NCBI RefSeq assembly: GCF_020036995.1
Contig: NZ_JAIQDD010000010.1
Span: forward strand, 161,433 to 225,432
Origin: Corallococcus sp. AS-1-12
Lineage (GTDB): Bacteria > Myxococcota > Myxococcia > Myxococcales > Myxococcaceae
Length of the DNA: 64,000 nucleotides
Direction of reading: 5' to 3'
Below, piece by piece: positions 20,370 to 32,225 of this stretch (position 1 is the first letter of the stretch; the number at the start of each line of letters is the position of its first letter). Under the pieces are notes generated by a model that saw nothing but the letters and a program-made list of their open reading frames with translations, had not been told where the DNA came from and did not search any database. The position numbers were made by a program, and so were the translations under genes.

Positions 20370-22097
20370 TTAGTTGAGGTGGAGAACCAACACGCGGGTG
20401 CCTTTGTCCATGCGAACTTCAGCGGTGACCATCCGAGTCACAGGAATGCTCGCGACCTGCGCCCTTCTGTTGCTGGGCGTGGGCGTGATGACGATGGGCG
20501 CAGGGTTCGGATACCCCAGGGCCGTGATGGTTGGGGCATCCGCGTAGCCCACGAGGTACAGGGATCCATCCGAGAGCGCGCGATGAAGCTCAATCCCCTC
20601 CTGGATGGGGCCATAGATGGGTGTGTCCGCGCTGTAGGTGGGAACGGTGCTCATCGGTACAAACGCGTAGCGTCCCCTGGGAAGCTGCGAGACGCGAGCC
20701 CCACGCTCGGCGTCCGAAGCGGCGACGACCTGATGCTGCTGGCGAACGTTTCTGAGCGTGCTCGCGAGTGCCGGGACCGGAGCAGCCGTCGGGGGCTGCG
20801 GCTGGACAGGTCTCAGATTGCGCGGAGTCTGAACGACAAAGACGTCATTGTTGACGCTTTTGCTCGGGGATGGCCAGACCGCTGCCACGCCGCCAGCAAT
20901 CAGCGCGGCAGCAGCAAACAGCAGGATTCTCTTGGAGCCTGATTTCGAAGGGCTGCCTGTGCCGTCCGTCTTCGGAGCGGACCGGGAAACGGAACGATCC
21001 GAAGCGGAAGGCACAGGCTCGGGTGGCTTCGCCGCACTTGAGTGGGGCGAGGTCGCCGGCCCAGGGGCTCTGGTGGCCGAGGCGATTGGGATGGATGGCG
21101 ACGGTGGCTGTCGGACTGTGCTTGGAGGGGGCGACTGCGGGGCAACGGATGCGCCAAAGTGTTGACGCAGTTCAGGGAAGAATTTGTGGCAATCGATTCC
21201 GCCATAACAACGAAGCCCTTTGTTGCCTCGTAAATTGGCAACCCTGCTGAAGAGCGTCGGATTGCAGGCCTCGATTACAGCGTCATTCTTCTCGTAGAAA
21301 CCCCAGAGGATGTCGACATCCTTGTGTCTGTCGACGTCAATCGCCGCGAGTGTCTGGGTGAAGACATCGTCCCATCCGCCGTATCCGATAACGACAAGTG
21401 TGTGGCTTTGAAGGATCTGGATCAGCTCCGCAGAGACGAGTTTGCGCTCGCGACCAAGCTGGATGCCAGTGTGCAACGTAGGCGAGTCATGCCAGTAGCC
21501 GTGAAGGTGGATGATGTGCGTGGATTTGGAAGAGGAAGGAACCGTCTGCCCGAACGGGCTGTCGTGAGTCACGATCGTGCGATGGAAATCACCGCCAGCC
21601 ACCTTCACCGATGCTGAGATGAGGGGATCAAAATTCGTGGTCAAGACGGGGCCAAACGTATCGGCTCTCTCCACCAGCAATCTTCCGAGATGCTCCGTCG
21701 CCGGAGGTAAGGCCCATCCGCCATAATCCAGATCCAGTTCGTCGTCAGTCGCTACTCCATCGCGTTGGCGGTCCACCCGTGCGCGAAGCACAGCCTCTCG
21801 AACAACCTTCTCGGAGACTTTCTTGTCCTCAAGGCCTTGCACGAAATGCATGGCCCATTGGTATCTGTTCTCTTTGGTGTGCTCGCGCTCCGTGTCGAAT
21901 CTCGCCTTGAATCCGGTCGGGACGTGCTCGCGGATGAGATCCAGCATCGCCTCTACCCCAGGCACCTGGGGGGCGTCGGCTCGTTCCTGCGTCGACAAGG
22001 GGGAACCGACCAGAAACGCGATTTTCCGGCTTTTGGCGGCAGTGATGACAGCGTTGGGGAGAGCATCCTTGGGATGCAGGAACGAATAGGAACTCAT
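20370..22097 (-). CDS. SIR2_2-family (defence-type SIR2/NADase-like) protein with a Pro-rich linker, one TM helix and a ~190-aa extracytoplasmic C-terminal domain
   Basis: Motifs IAFLVGSPLS, VLTTNFDPLIS, IIHLHGYW and LVVIGYGGWDDVF match the SIR2_2 signature blocks. TM helix KRILLFAAAALIAGGVAAVW. GC is much lower than the window average. Confidence 0.75.
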   Translation of the reverse strand: MSSYSFLHPKDALPNAVITAAKSRKIAFLVGSPLSTQERADAPQVPGVEAMLDLIREHVPTGFKARFDTEREHTKENRYQWAMHFVQGLEDKKVSEKVVREAVLRARVDRQRDGVATDDELDLDYGGWALPPATEHLGRLLVERADTFGPVLTTNFDPLISASVKVAGGDFHRTIVTHDSPFGQTVPSSSKSTHIIHLHGYWHDSPTLHTGIQLGRERKLVSAELIQILQSHTLVVIGYGGWDDVFTQTLAAIDVDRHKDVDILWGFYEKNDAVIEACNPTLFSRVANLRGNKGLRCYGGIDCHKFFPELRQHFGASVAPQSPPPSTVRQPPSPSIPIASATRAPGPATSPHSSAAKPPEPVPSASDRSVSRSAPKTDGTGSPSKSGSKRILLFAAAALIAGGVAAVWPSPSKSVNNDVFVVQTPRNLRPVQPQPPTAAPVPALASTLRNVRQQHQVVAASDAERGARVSQLPRGRYAFVPMSTVPTYSADTPIYGPIQEGIELHRALSDGSLYLVGYADAPTITALGYPNPAPIVITPTPSNRRAQVASIPVTRMVTAEVRMDKGTRVLVLHLN

Positions 22098-22136
22098 CGA
22101 GGGCGAACGCTATCAGAACCGCAGGCGGGGCCTAAT

Positions 22137-23702
22137 TCATGCGGCTCGCTCACTTGGTCGACCTTGTTCCTCCTCTTGGAGTGCCAATGTCTTCCGGTAT
22201 TCCGCAGCCTCGGCCGCCCGGGTCAGTTCAAACTCACCGTGATGCTTGCGGACTGCCTCCGCGATCTCATCCAGGCCGACGCGGAAGAACTCCTTTCGCT
22301 CATTGATGCGGTTGACTCGCCGGTTCGCGAAGGCCTTGTGCAGGGCGTTCTCCAGGGCAGGGGCGTCCGAGGTCCGGATGATGGCGTGGACATCGAACTC
22401 GAACGGCACCGAGGCATCTCCAAGTTCATCGATGCGGTCCTGGGGGACCAATCGTCGGGTCATCCCCAGCTTGAACACGCCCTCGCCGAAGGAACCAATA
22501 TTGGAGATGACGTAGACGTGCCCGGTGCGGGTGAGCTGTGCCTGGGAGATGGCGCGCTGCTTCTCCATGTCTTCTGCCACACGGCGCTCCAGCTCCGCGA
22601 TGCGCTCCATCAGCTTCTGCTGCTCCGAGCCCTTCGCCTGCTCGTAGTCCGCCCGCGCCTTGGCCAGCGCTTCTGCATCGCGCTTCGCTTCGCGCTCCGC
22701 TTCCAGCTTCGCCTTCTCCAACTCGCGTTGGGCGGCTTCCTCCTCACGCATCTGCTCCCGGATCCGGCGCTGCTCGTCACGCTCCTGCTGCACCTTCTCC
22801 TCGTACTCGTACGCGAGCATCAGCTCCTCGACCTTGAGCTTGACGTAGCGCCTGGCGATGACGCACTGCTGGATCTCCGCGAGACCATTGATGGCGGCGG
22901 CTGCCTTCTCGATGCGCGTCTCCATGGCCTTGACGTTCTTGTAGGACACCTTCGCTACACACGCGTCCGCCTCGCCATTGAAGGCCCGGAGCATCAGCTT
23001 CAAGGTCCGCTCAATCTGCTTCTTGCCTTCCGCCTTGCTTCCATTCACTTCCCACTGAATGGAGCACGTGGCGGCTTCCTTGTTCTTCAGCATCTGCTTC
23101 TGAGCGTCGCGGATCTTCTCCAGCCGGTCCTCGTACTCCTTGACCGACGCCAGCGCGTACACCGGTTTGTAGAAGCCGAAGGAGAGCAGGACCTCCTCTT
23201 CCTCCAGTGCCTTCAACTCGGCCCTCAGGCGGGCGATGCCTGACTCCAGGTTGGTCCGCTCAGCGTTCGCCTGCTTTCGACGGGCTTCTGCCTCCTCCAT
23301 GGCGCGCGTCGCGCTTTGCGTCGTCCGGCTCGTCTCTTCGCGGAGCCGGTTCAACTCCGCTTTCGCTCGGCCCTGCTCAGCGGCGATGGCCTGCTCAACG
23401 TCCGCTTTTGCCCGGGCAAGCTCGGTCTCTACCCGCTTCCGCTCCGCCGCCAGTGCACTGTCCGCTTCGCTCCGTGCCTTCGCCAAATCGTCCTGGACCC
23501 GCTTCTGTTCCGCGGCCATCGCGGTGGTCGCGTCCGTGCGGGCCCGCGTCAACTCCTCCGCGACCCGGCGCCGTTCGGCCTCCAGGTCCAGGATGGGCTT
23601 GAATCGTTCCTGGACGGCTTTGAGCCGGCTCTGTGTCCGCAGCCACAAGCCAAGGAGCAACAGGCCCAGAATGCCCAGGCCAATGGCGATGATCGTTGTC
23701 AT
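22137..23702 (-). CDS. Membrane-anchored coiled-coil / DUF4041 / T5orf172 (MUG113, GIY-YIG-like nuclease) protein
   Basis: Start at the internal ATG (MTTIIAIGLGILGLLLLGLWL = N-terminal TM helix), 13 nt after the upstream stop. It has ~180 aa of coiled coil, a DUF4041 block (LLSFGFYKPVYALASVKEYE...LRAFNGEADACVAKVSYKNV) and a T5orf172 block (GHVYVISNIGSFGEGVFKLGMTRRLVPQDRIDELGDASVPFEFDVHAIIRT...RINERKEFFRV). Confidence 0.75.
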   Translation of the reverse strand: MTTIIAIGLGILGLLLLGLWLRTQSRLKAVQERFKPILDLEAERRRVAEELTRARTDATTAMAAEQKRVQDDLAKARSEADSALAAERKRVETELARAKADVEQAIAAEQGRAKAELNRLREETSRTTQSATRAMEEAEARRKQANAERTNLESGIARLRAELKALEEEEVLLSFGFYKPVYALASVKEYEDRLEKIRDAQKQMLKNKEAATCSIQWEVNGSKAEGKKQIERTLKLMLRAFNGEADACVAKVSYKNVKAMETRIEKAAAAINGLAEIQQCVIARRYVKLKVEELMLAYEYEEKVQQERDEQRRIREQMREEEAAQRELEKAKLEAEREAKRDAEALAKARADYEQAKGSEQQKLMERIAELERRVAEDMEKQRAISQAQLTRTGHVYVISNIGSFGEGVFKLGMTRRLVPQDRIDELGDASVPFEFDVHAIIRTSDAPALENALHKAFANRRVNRINERKEFFRVGLDEIAEAVRKHHGEFELTRAAEAAEYRKTLALQEEEQGRPSERAA

Positions 23703-23715
23703 GGATGTCTCCTGT

Positions 23716-26700
23716 TCAGGCGCTGACGGCCCGCATCTGATGCTCCACCGGGGACTCTTCACGCACGACGGCTGGCAGCTCAGCCGCCTCCTCCCGAAGG
23801 AGCTCCTCGACGCGCGCGACGATCCGGGCGACCTCTTCTGAAGGCGAGCGGAACCAGTCCGTGGACCAGATGCGGTGAAGCTTCCACCCCAGGCCCTTCA
23901 ACACCTGGTCCCGGAGCCGGTCCCGGTCCCGCGCGGAACGCGACGAGTGGTACCGCTCGCCGTCACACTCGACACCGAGGATGTACCGGCCTGGTTGCTG
24001 GGGATGCCGGAGGGCCATGTCGATGAAGTAGCCCGCAACGCCTACCTGCGGAACCACCTCGAAGCCCCGCGCCGCGAGCGCCTTCGCGACGGCGATTTCG
24101 AAGTCGGAATCCGGTGGACGGCCGCTCCCCACGCCGTGCGCCACCTTCTCTCCCTTGGCTTCGGACAGGTACCGTTGCAGGACGCGCATCCCACGGGGAC
24201 TGCTCTCCTGGACCTTGAGCTGTGACGGGTCGAAGGACGCGAACACCGTCAGTGCACACCGCGCCCTCGTGAAGAGGACGTTCAACCGGCGGTATCCGTC
24301 CGCCTGGTTGATGGGCCCGAAGTTCATCCGGAAGCGCTCGTTCTTGTCGGGACCGAACGTGACCGACACGAAGATGGCGTCGCGCTCGTCGCCTTGCACG
24401 TTCTCCAGGTTCTTCACGTCGAAGGGCATGGGTGACTTCTCCCACTTCGCCAGGAAGGCTCGGAGGGTCGCGTCGTTCTTCTCCTCGGCAGTCACCAGGT
24501 CGTCGATGAGATCCCGCTGCTTCGAATTCAGCGTGACGACCAGCAGGCTCTGCTCAGGACGTGTCCGCGCGTGCTCCTTCACCTTCGCCAGCACTTCGCG
24601 GGCTTCGGGGACGTTTCGGTTGGACTCGTACAGTCCTCCGTCCACTTTGTGGAAGCGCAGCCCCAAACCTTCCAGTTGCTCACCCGGTGCAGGGAAGGTG
24701 ATGAGGTCGCCGTTGTAGAACTCACGATTGCTGAAGGCGATGAGCGAGGGGTGACGTGAACGGTAATGCCAGCGCAGCATGCGCATGGGGAACCGCTCCG
24801 CCGCCGCCGTGAGGATGCTCTCTGAATCCTCCAGGAAGGACGGGCCCTGAGCCTCGTCTCCCGCCTCGTCGTTGGACTCTGTGTCCTCCTGTTCCATCTG
24901 GGCGAAGAAGCTGGTGGGAGGGAGTTGCTCCGGGTCGCCCACTACCACCAACTGTCTCCCTCGCGCGATGGCGCCCAGCGCATCTTCGGGACGCATCTGG
25001 CTGGCCTCGTCCATCACGACCAGGTCGAAGGTCAACTGGCCGGCGGGCAGGTACTGGGCGACCGACTGCGGACCCATCATGAAACACGGCATCAGCGTCT
25101 GGAGCGCACTGCCGGCACGGGCGACCAGTTCACGAATGGGGAGGTGCCGCTGCTTCTTTCCCAACTCGTGCCGCAGAAGATGGGTCTCCGTCATACCCGC
25201 CACTTTCGCCGAGGACACACCCGGAGGAACCGGACGCTGGCTGAGTTGACGTGCCAGGTATCGGCCCTGCCTTTCGATGCAATGCGTGTCCAGGCGTGCG
25301 AACTCCTCTCTCTGGGAGGCATGAACGGCGCCCGTGAACTGGTCGAGCTCGGGTTGGTCTCGCAGGATGGCTTCCGCCAGGGAGCGGAAGAAGACAGCGT
25401 CGAAGGCCGCGACCAGCCGTTCCGGCTCCAGGCCCGGACGTGTGTCGACGCGCTCCAGGAACCCAGCGGTGCTCCGCGCTCGCGCGACGGCACGCCGCTG
25501 CCGTTGATACGCGCACCAGGCTGGAAGCGTCGCGGACTGGCTTCGGGCCTGGCGCAGTCGCAAGACCGTCGATTGGAGCGGCTTCTCGGCGGCGAGATCC
25601 TCCCAGGTGCCCTGGGCCATCCTTCCCAGCTCCCGGGCTTGGGTTGCGGACTGTCTGTAGGCACTGAGGGCTGTCTCCAATTCGTTCGTGATGGCGAGCA
25701 GGTCCGCGTGCCTTCGTGGCGTGTCCTCTCGTAGCAGCCACTCCGCCAGCCCTTCAGGGAGCGGCGCCGCGAGGAGGTCATCAACATGTCGGAGGATGCT
25801 TCGGGGACCCGCTAGGGAGGTTTTCCGCCCCTGGTAGGCCACCCCTGGCAGGGTCGCCGCGGAAGCGTGCGCTTCCAGCCGGTCTGCGGCTTCGCACGCT
25901 TCACGCACCCGGCGCAGTTGTCCCTGGAGTTGGGAGAGGGTCAGGGACGGCGGGGCATCTCCCTTCCGTGCCCAGTTCAGGACCTGGCTCAGGTGCTTCA
26001 GCAGGGCGTCGAGGCTGTCCTGGGCCTTTCCGCAGGACTCGGTGTTCCAGGGGGCGCTCGGCAGCCCCATGCGCGTCGAGGCTTCTTGCACGAAAGTGCT
26101 TACGTCTCGGACTTGGGACAGTTCTTCGCTCTTCGCGCGGACCATCGCCAGGATCTCGCGCCAATGGCTCGGGGAACGCTCCAACACTGCTCGGCGTAGC
26201 TCCAAACCTCGCTCACCCATGGGGAGGATCAATGCGTCGATGTTCCGGTATGCGTCCAACCACGAAAGGATTCGGTCGAAGCGTGTCTCGACCCCCTGGA
26301 AGCGGGCGCCAAGGGTCGCTTTCAAGGTCGCGTCCTCCTGGAACCGCTCCCGTGCCGCGTAATGAGCCAGCAGGTCGTTGTAGCCCTGAACCAGTACGGG
26401 CCTTGTTGGACGTACGCCATGTGCCATGGCCTGGAAGTCCCGCCGCGCGGCGCGCCAAGCGCTCGAGAGCCAGGGGATGAATTGCGCGGTTGAAACCGCA
26501 ACCGCATGGGACTTGAGCGTCGCGAGGGGAGGAACGAGTTCGGGCATGAAGCGCACCGCGAGCGCCCGTGCCTGATCTTTCAATTCCGTACAGGTGCTGT
26601 CAGCCTTCCGAAGTGTCTCCTCGGCTTCGCGTTCGATCCAGCACGGGTCCCGCCACTCCAAAGTGGTGTCGTCCAGGGCGGCCATCGCCTCGACGACGCG

Positions 26701-28914
26701 GGCGAAAGACTGGAGCTGCTGGGGCGTCCAGCGCGTGACGTCGACTTCCAGGCGGGAGGCCACGTCGGCCGCGAACCGGCGAGCCTGCGCCAGGATTCGA
26801 GCAGCGGCCTCCACCGCTTCATGCGCGCGCGTCAGTGTCACGAGCGTGGTGTCAGGCGAGAGCAGACGCAGGGCCATGTCGAGGACGGCTTCCGCGCCGC
26901 GCAGCGCGGACGCGGTCAGGTCTTCCTGGGCACGCCAGCCTGCCTCCAACCCCGCCCACCGGGCCTGGACCGCTTCAATGGCATCAAGCAGGGCTCGTAA
27001 TCCCTCTCTCTGCGTGGAATCGAGCAGGGCAGGGACCAGCGTCGCGGGAGTCCCTTCTGGAAGCCGTGGCAGGACTCGGACGTTGGAGATCAGCGCATCC
27101 ACCGCGAGTGCGCTCGAGCTGGGCGTGACGCCCGTGCGGACGGTGAAGGCCGCCAGCGCCTTCTCCAGGAGCAGCGCGGACTCCTCCCAGGTGGCGATAC
27201 GCTGAACGAGTGTCTGACGGTCCTTGTCGGTCAGCGCATCGTTCGTCACACCCGCCCAGGGGTGGGCACTGAGGATGGGCGCGACGCGGCGAACATCCCC
27301 AAGCTGCGCCGCGAGACTCCGAACCGCGTCGCGAACCTCCGATAGCGCATGGGTAGACATGCCTTCGGCGCCCTCGAAGCGGAGGCCTTCCAGCTCCACG
27401 ACCGCGTCTCCCAGTTCCGATTCCGCGCGACTGACCTTCCAGAACACGTCATGCGGTGACATGCCGAGTGTCCCGAACGGCTTGTGCATTCGCTCGGTAT
27501 GCGCGCGCAGGATGCCCGCCGCGTTCGAGACCTGTTCGGTGAGCGGGCGGGGAGCGGTCGCGCTCGCATCCAGGTTGAGTCGGCGACGCAGGTCCTCCAT
27601 GAACTGCTGTTTCTGGGTCTTGTGGCTGTGCAACTCCAGGCAGAACTCGCCGAGCCCCGCATGCTGGAGGCGGCGTGAGACGACCTCCAACGCCGCCAAC
27701 TTCTGCGTGACGAACAGCACGGTCTTGCCCGCCGCCAACGCCGCGCCAATGAGGTTGGTGATGGTCTGTGATTTCCCGGTGCCGGGCGGCCCTTGCACCA
27801 CCAGATTCTCGCCCCGGAGCACGTCCACCAACACGCTGTGCTGGCTGCTGTCCGCGTCCGTGATGAGTGGCGGCGGATTGACCTCTTGCGAGTCCAAATC
27901 GTAGACCTCGCTCCGGCGCTCCCGGCTGCCCCCGCCACCTCCGCCAGGTTCGTTCGCCTCCGCCTGTCCTCCCATCAGCGTCCGGACGAGCGGGTTCGCC
28001 AGCATGGGACTGTTCTGAGGCCAGCGGCTGGGCTCCAGGTCCCGCCACATCAGGAGCCGCCCGAAGGACAGGAGCGTCAGGGTCACCTGCCGCTCCAGGC
28101 TCCAGCCAGGGCGCAGGCCTTTGAGCAGCGCCGTCACCTTGTCGAAGTACGCCTCCAGGCCCTCCTCCGCGGAGAAGGCCGGCAGCGTGATGCCGAACTC
28201 CTGCCGCAGCTTCTCCTGGAGCGTGAGGTTCGAGTCGATGGACTCGCCTTCATTGTAGTCCACCTCGTAGGAGTGGACCTGCGTCTCCGGGTGGGCCTGG
28301 CCGCGTTTGAGACTCACCGGCATGAGCACGAGTGGAGCGCTGCGAGGCTTCTCCTGCCGCGTGTCGCCGGACTCGTACCAGCGCAGGAACCCGAAGACGA
28401 AGTGGAGCAGATTGGCCCCGGTCTCCTGGATGGCCGTTTGCGCGAGGCCCTGGAGTCGGTGCAGGTGGCTCTCCAGATCTTCCGGGAAGTACAACGTCTG
28501 GAGGTGGCGGTCCTGGTGCTTGCGAGGATTGCTGCCGCTCTCTGCCGGGACCGCCTTGGGCAGCTCATACCGGGTATCGATGCCGAGCTTCTTCGCCTGT
28601 TGAAGCAGCAACTTCTGCCGGGCGTCCTTGCTTGGGGCCTCCTCCGTCGTCATCGAAAACACCACCGTCGCGGCGGCGGGATCGAAGTCCTCCTCTTCCT
28701 CGGAGGCTTGCTCCGGTGGCATCACTGGAAGGAACGTGAGCGCGCGGTGGTTGCTCAGGCGCTCGAAGACGACACCTGGCAGTTCATCCACAATGCGCAG
28801 CGACGTCCGGGCCGTGTGCTTGAAGTTGAGGAGTCGGTTGGTTGCGCTCAAATCCAGCAACCGGGTGCGTTGCCGCTGAAGCTCTTTCAGCAGGACCGAG
28901 TCGTGCGGATTCAT
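23716..28914 (-). CDS. Giant DUF4011 / Upf1-like SF1 helicase (AAA_11+AAA_12) / Vsr-like (DUF559, PD-(D/E)xK) endonuclease / DUF3320 protein (Hhe-like)
   Basis: Start at the internal ATG (MNPHDSVLLKEL...). Walker A GPPGTGKSQT, DEAD-like VVMDEASQ, LRWHYRSRHPSLIAFSNREFYNGDL, and C-terminal YILGVECDGERYHSSRSARDRDRLRDQVLKGLGWKLHRIWSTDWF (Vsr/DUF559 signature). 1733 aa. Confidence 0.8.
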   Translation of the reverse strand: MNPHDSVLLKELQRQRTRLLDLSATNRLLNFKHTARTSLRIVDELPGVVFERLSNHRALTFLPVMPPEQASEEEEDFDPAAATVVFSMTTEEAPSKDARQKLLLQQAKKLGIDTRYELPKAVPAESGSNPRKHQDRHLQTLYFPEDLESHLHRLQGLAQTAIQETGANLLHFVFGFLRWYESGDTRQEKPRSAPLVLMPVSLKRGQAHPETQVHSYEVDYNEGESIDSNLTLQEKLRQEFGITLPAFSAEEGLEAYFDKVTALLKGLRPGWSLERQVTLTLLSFGRLLMWRDLEPSRWPQNSPMLANPLVRTLMGGQAEANEPGGGGGGSRERRSEVYDLDSQEVNPPPLITDADSSQHSVLVDVLRGENLVVQGPPGTGKSQTITNLIGAALAAGKTVLFVTQKLAALEVVSRRLQHAGLGEFCLELHSHKTQKQQFMEDLRRRLNLDASATAPRPLTEQVSNAAGILRAHTERMHKPFGTLGMSPHDVFWKVSRAESELGDAVVELEGLRFEGAEGMSTHALSEVRDAVRSLAAQLGDVRRVAPILSAHPWAGVTNDALTDKDRQTLVQRIATWEESALLLEKALAAFTVRTGVTPSSSALAVDALISNVRVLPRLPEGTPATLVPALLDSTQREGLRALLDAIEAVQARWAGLEAGWRAQEDLTASALRGAEAVLDMALRLLSPDTTLVTLTRAHEAVEAAARILAQARRFAADVASRLEVDVTRWTPQQLQSFARVVEAMAALDDTTLEWRDPCWIEREAEETLRKADSTCTELKDQARALAVRFMPELVPPLATLKSHAVAVSTAQFIPWLSSAWRAARRDFQAMAHGVRPTRPVLVQGYNDLLAHYAARERFQEDATLKATLGARFQGVETRFDRILSWLDAYRNIDALILPMGERGLELRRAVLERSPSHWREILAMVRAKSEELSQVRDVSTFVQEASTRMGLPSAPWNTESCGKAQDSLDALLKHLSQVLNWARKGDAPPSLTLSQLQGQLRRVREACEAADRLEAHASAATLPGVAYQGRKTSLAGPRSILRHVDDLLAAPLPEGLAEWLLREDTPRRHADLLAITNELETALSAYRQSATQARELGRMAQGTWEDLAAEKPLQSTVLRLRQARSQSATLPAWCAYQRQRRAVARARSTAGFLERVDTRPGLEPERLVAAFDAVFFRSLAEAILRDQPELDQFTGAVHASQREEFARLDTHCIERQGRYLARQLSQRPVPPGVSSAKVAGMTETHLLRHELGKKQRHLPIRELVARAGSALQTLMPCFMMGPQSVAQYLPAGQLTFDLVVMDEASQMRPEDALGAIARGRQLVVVGDPEQLPPTSFFAQMEQEDTESNDEAGDEAQGPSFLEDSESILTAAAERFPMRMLRWHYRSRHPSLIAFSNREFYNGDLITFPAPGEQLEGLGLRFHKVDGGLYESNRNVPEAREVLAKVKEHARTRPEQSLLVVTLNSKQRDLIDDLVTAEEKNDATLRAFLAKWEKSPMPFDVKNLENVQGDERDAIFVSVTFGPDKNERFRMNFGPINQADGYRRLNVLFTRARCALTVFASFDPSQLKVQESSPRGMRVLQRYLSEAKGEKVAHGVGSGRPPDSDFEIAVAKALAARGFEVVPQVGVAGYFIDMALRHPQQPGRYILGVECDGERYHSSRSARDRDRLRDQVLKGLGWKLHRIWSTDWFRSPSEEVARIVARVEELLREEAAELPAVVREESPVEHQMRAVSA

Positions 28915-29019
28915 GGAGGTGCCCCCCGGGTCGTCATGGGTGGGACGACCTGGCACCCAGGTTCTGGCGCACTCTTCGCCGCGGTTGCATCCCCCGTGCG
29001 GGTGATTGACACCCGCACG

Positions 29020-29063
29020 AAAACGCCGCCTCGCTTCCGGAGGACCGGAAACGGGCGGCGTTC
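29020..29063 (-). terminator. Rho-independent terminator downstream of the ABC-F gene
   Basis: On the minus strand: GAACGCCGCC...GGCGGCGTTTT, a 9-bp GC stem with an inner CCGG palindrome followed by a T-tract. A second perfect 10-bp hairpin (CGTGCGGGTG-ATTGA-CACCCGCACG, 28996-29020) follows immediately. Confidence 0.6.
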
Positions 29064-29088
29064 GCACTGCCTCGTCTTGCTGTGCCGA

Positions 29089-32093
<3,005 letters not shown>

Positions 32094-32225
32094 AGTCCGG
32101 GCGCGTGGCCCGCTGGCCGCCCTCCGGCCGGGTTGTGACGGGCGCCACGCGAACGGCGGTGCGCGGGGACGTGGCGGGTTAGCCTGCGGTGCCCGGGCCC
32201 TGTTGCCCGGCGCCCTTACCGCCGC

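Noticed and set aside
21765-23243. 492-aa plus-strand ORF inside the defence operon
   Set aside because: Antisense to the SIR2 and T5orf172 genes. Leu/Arg-rich, no domain.
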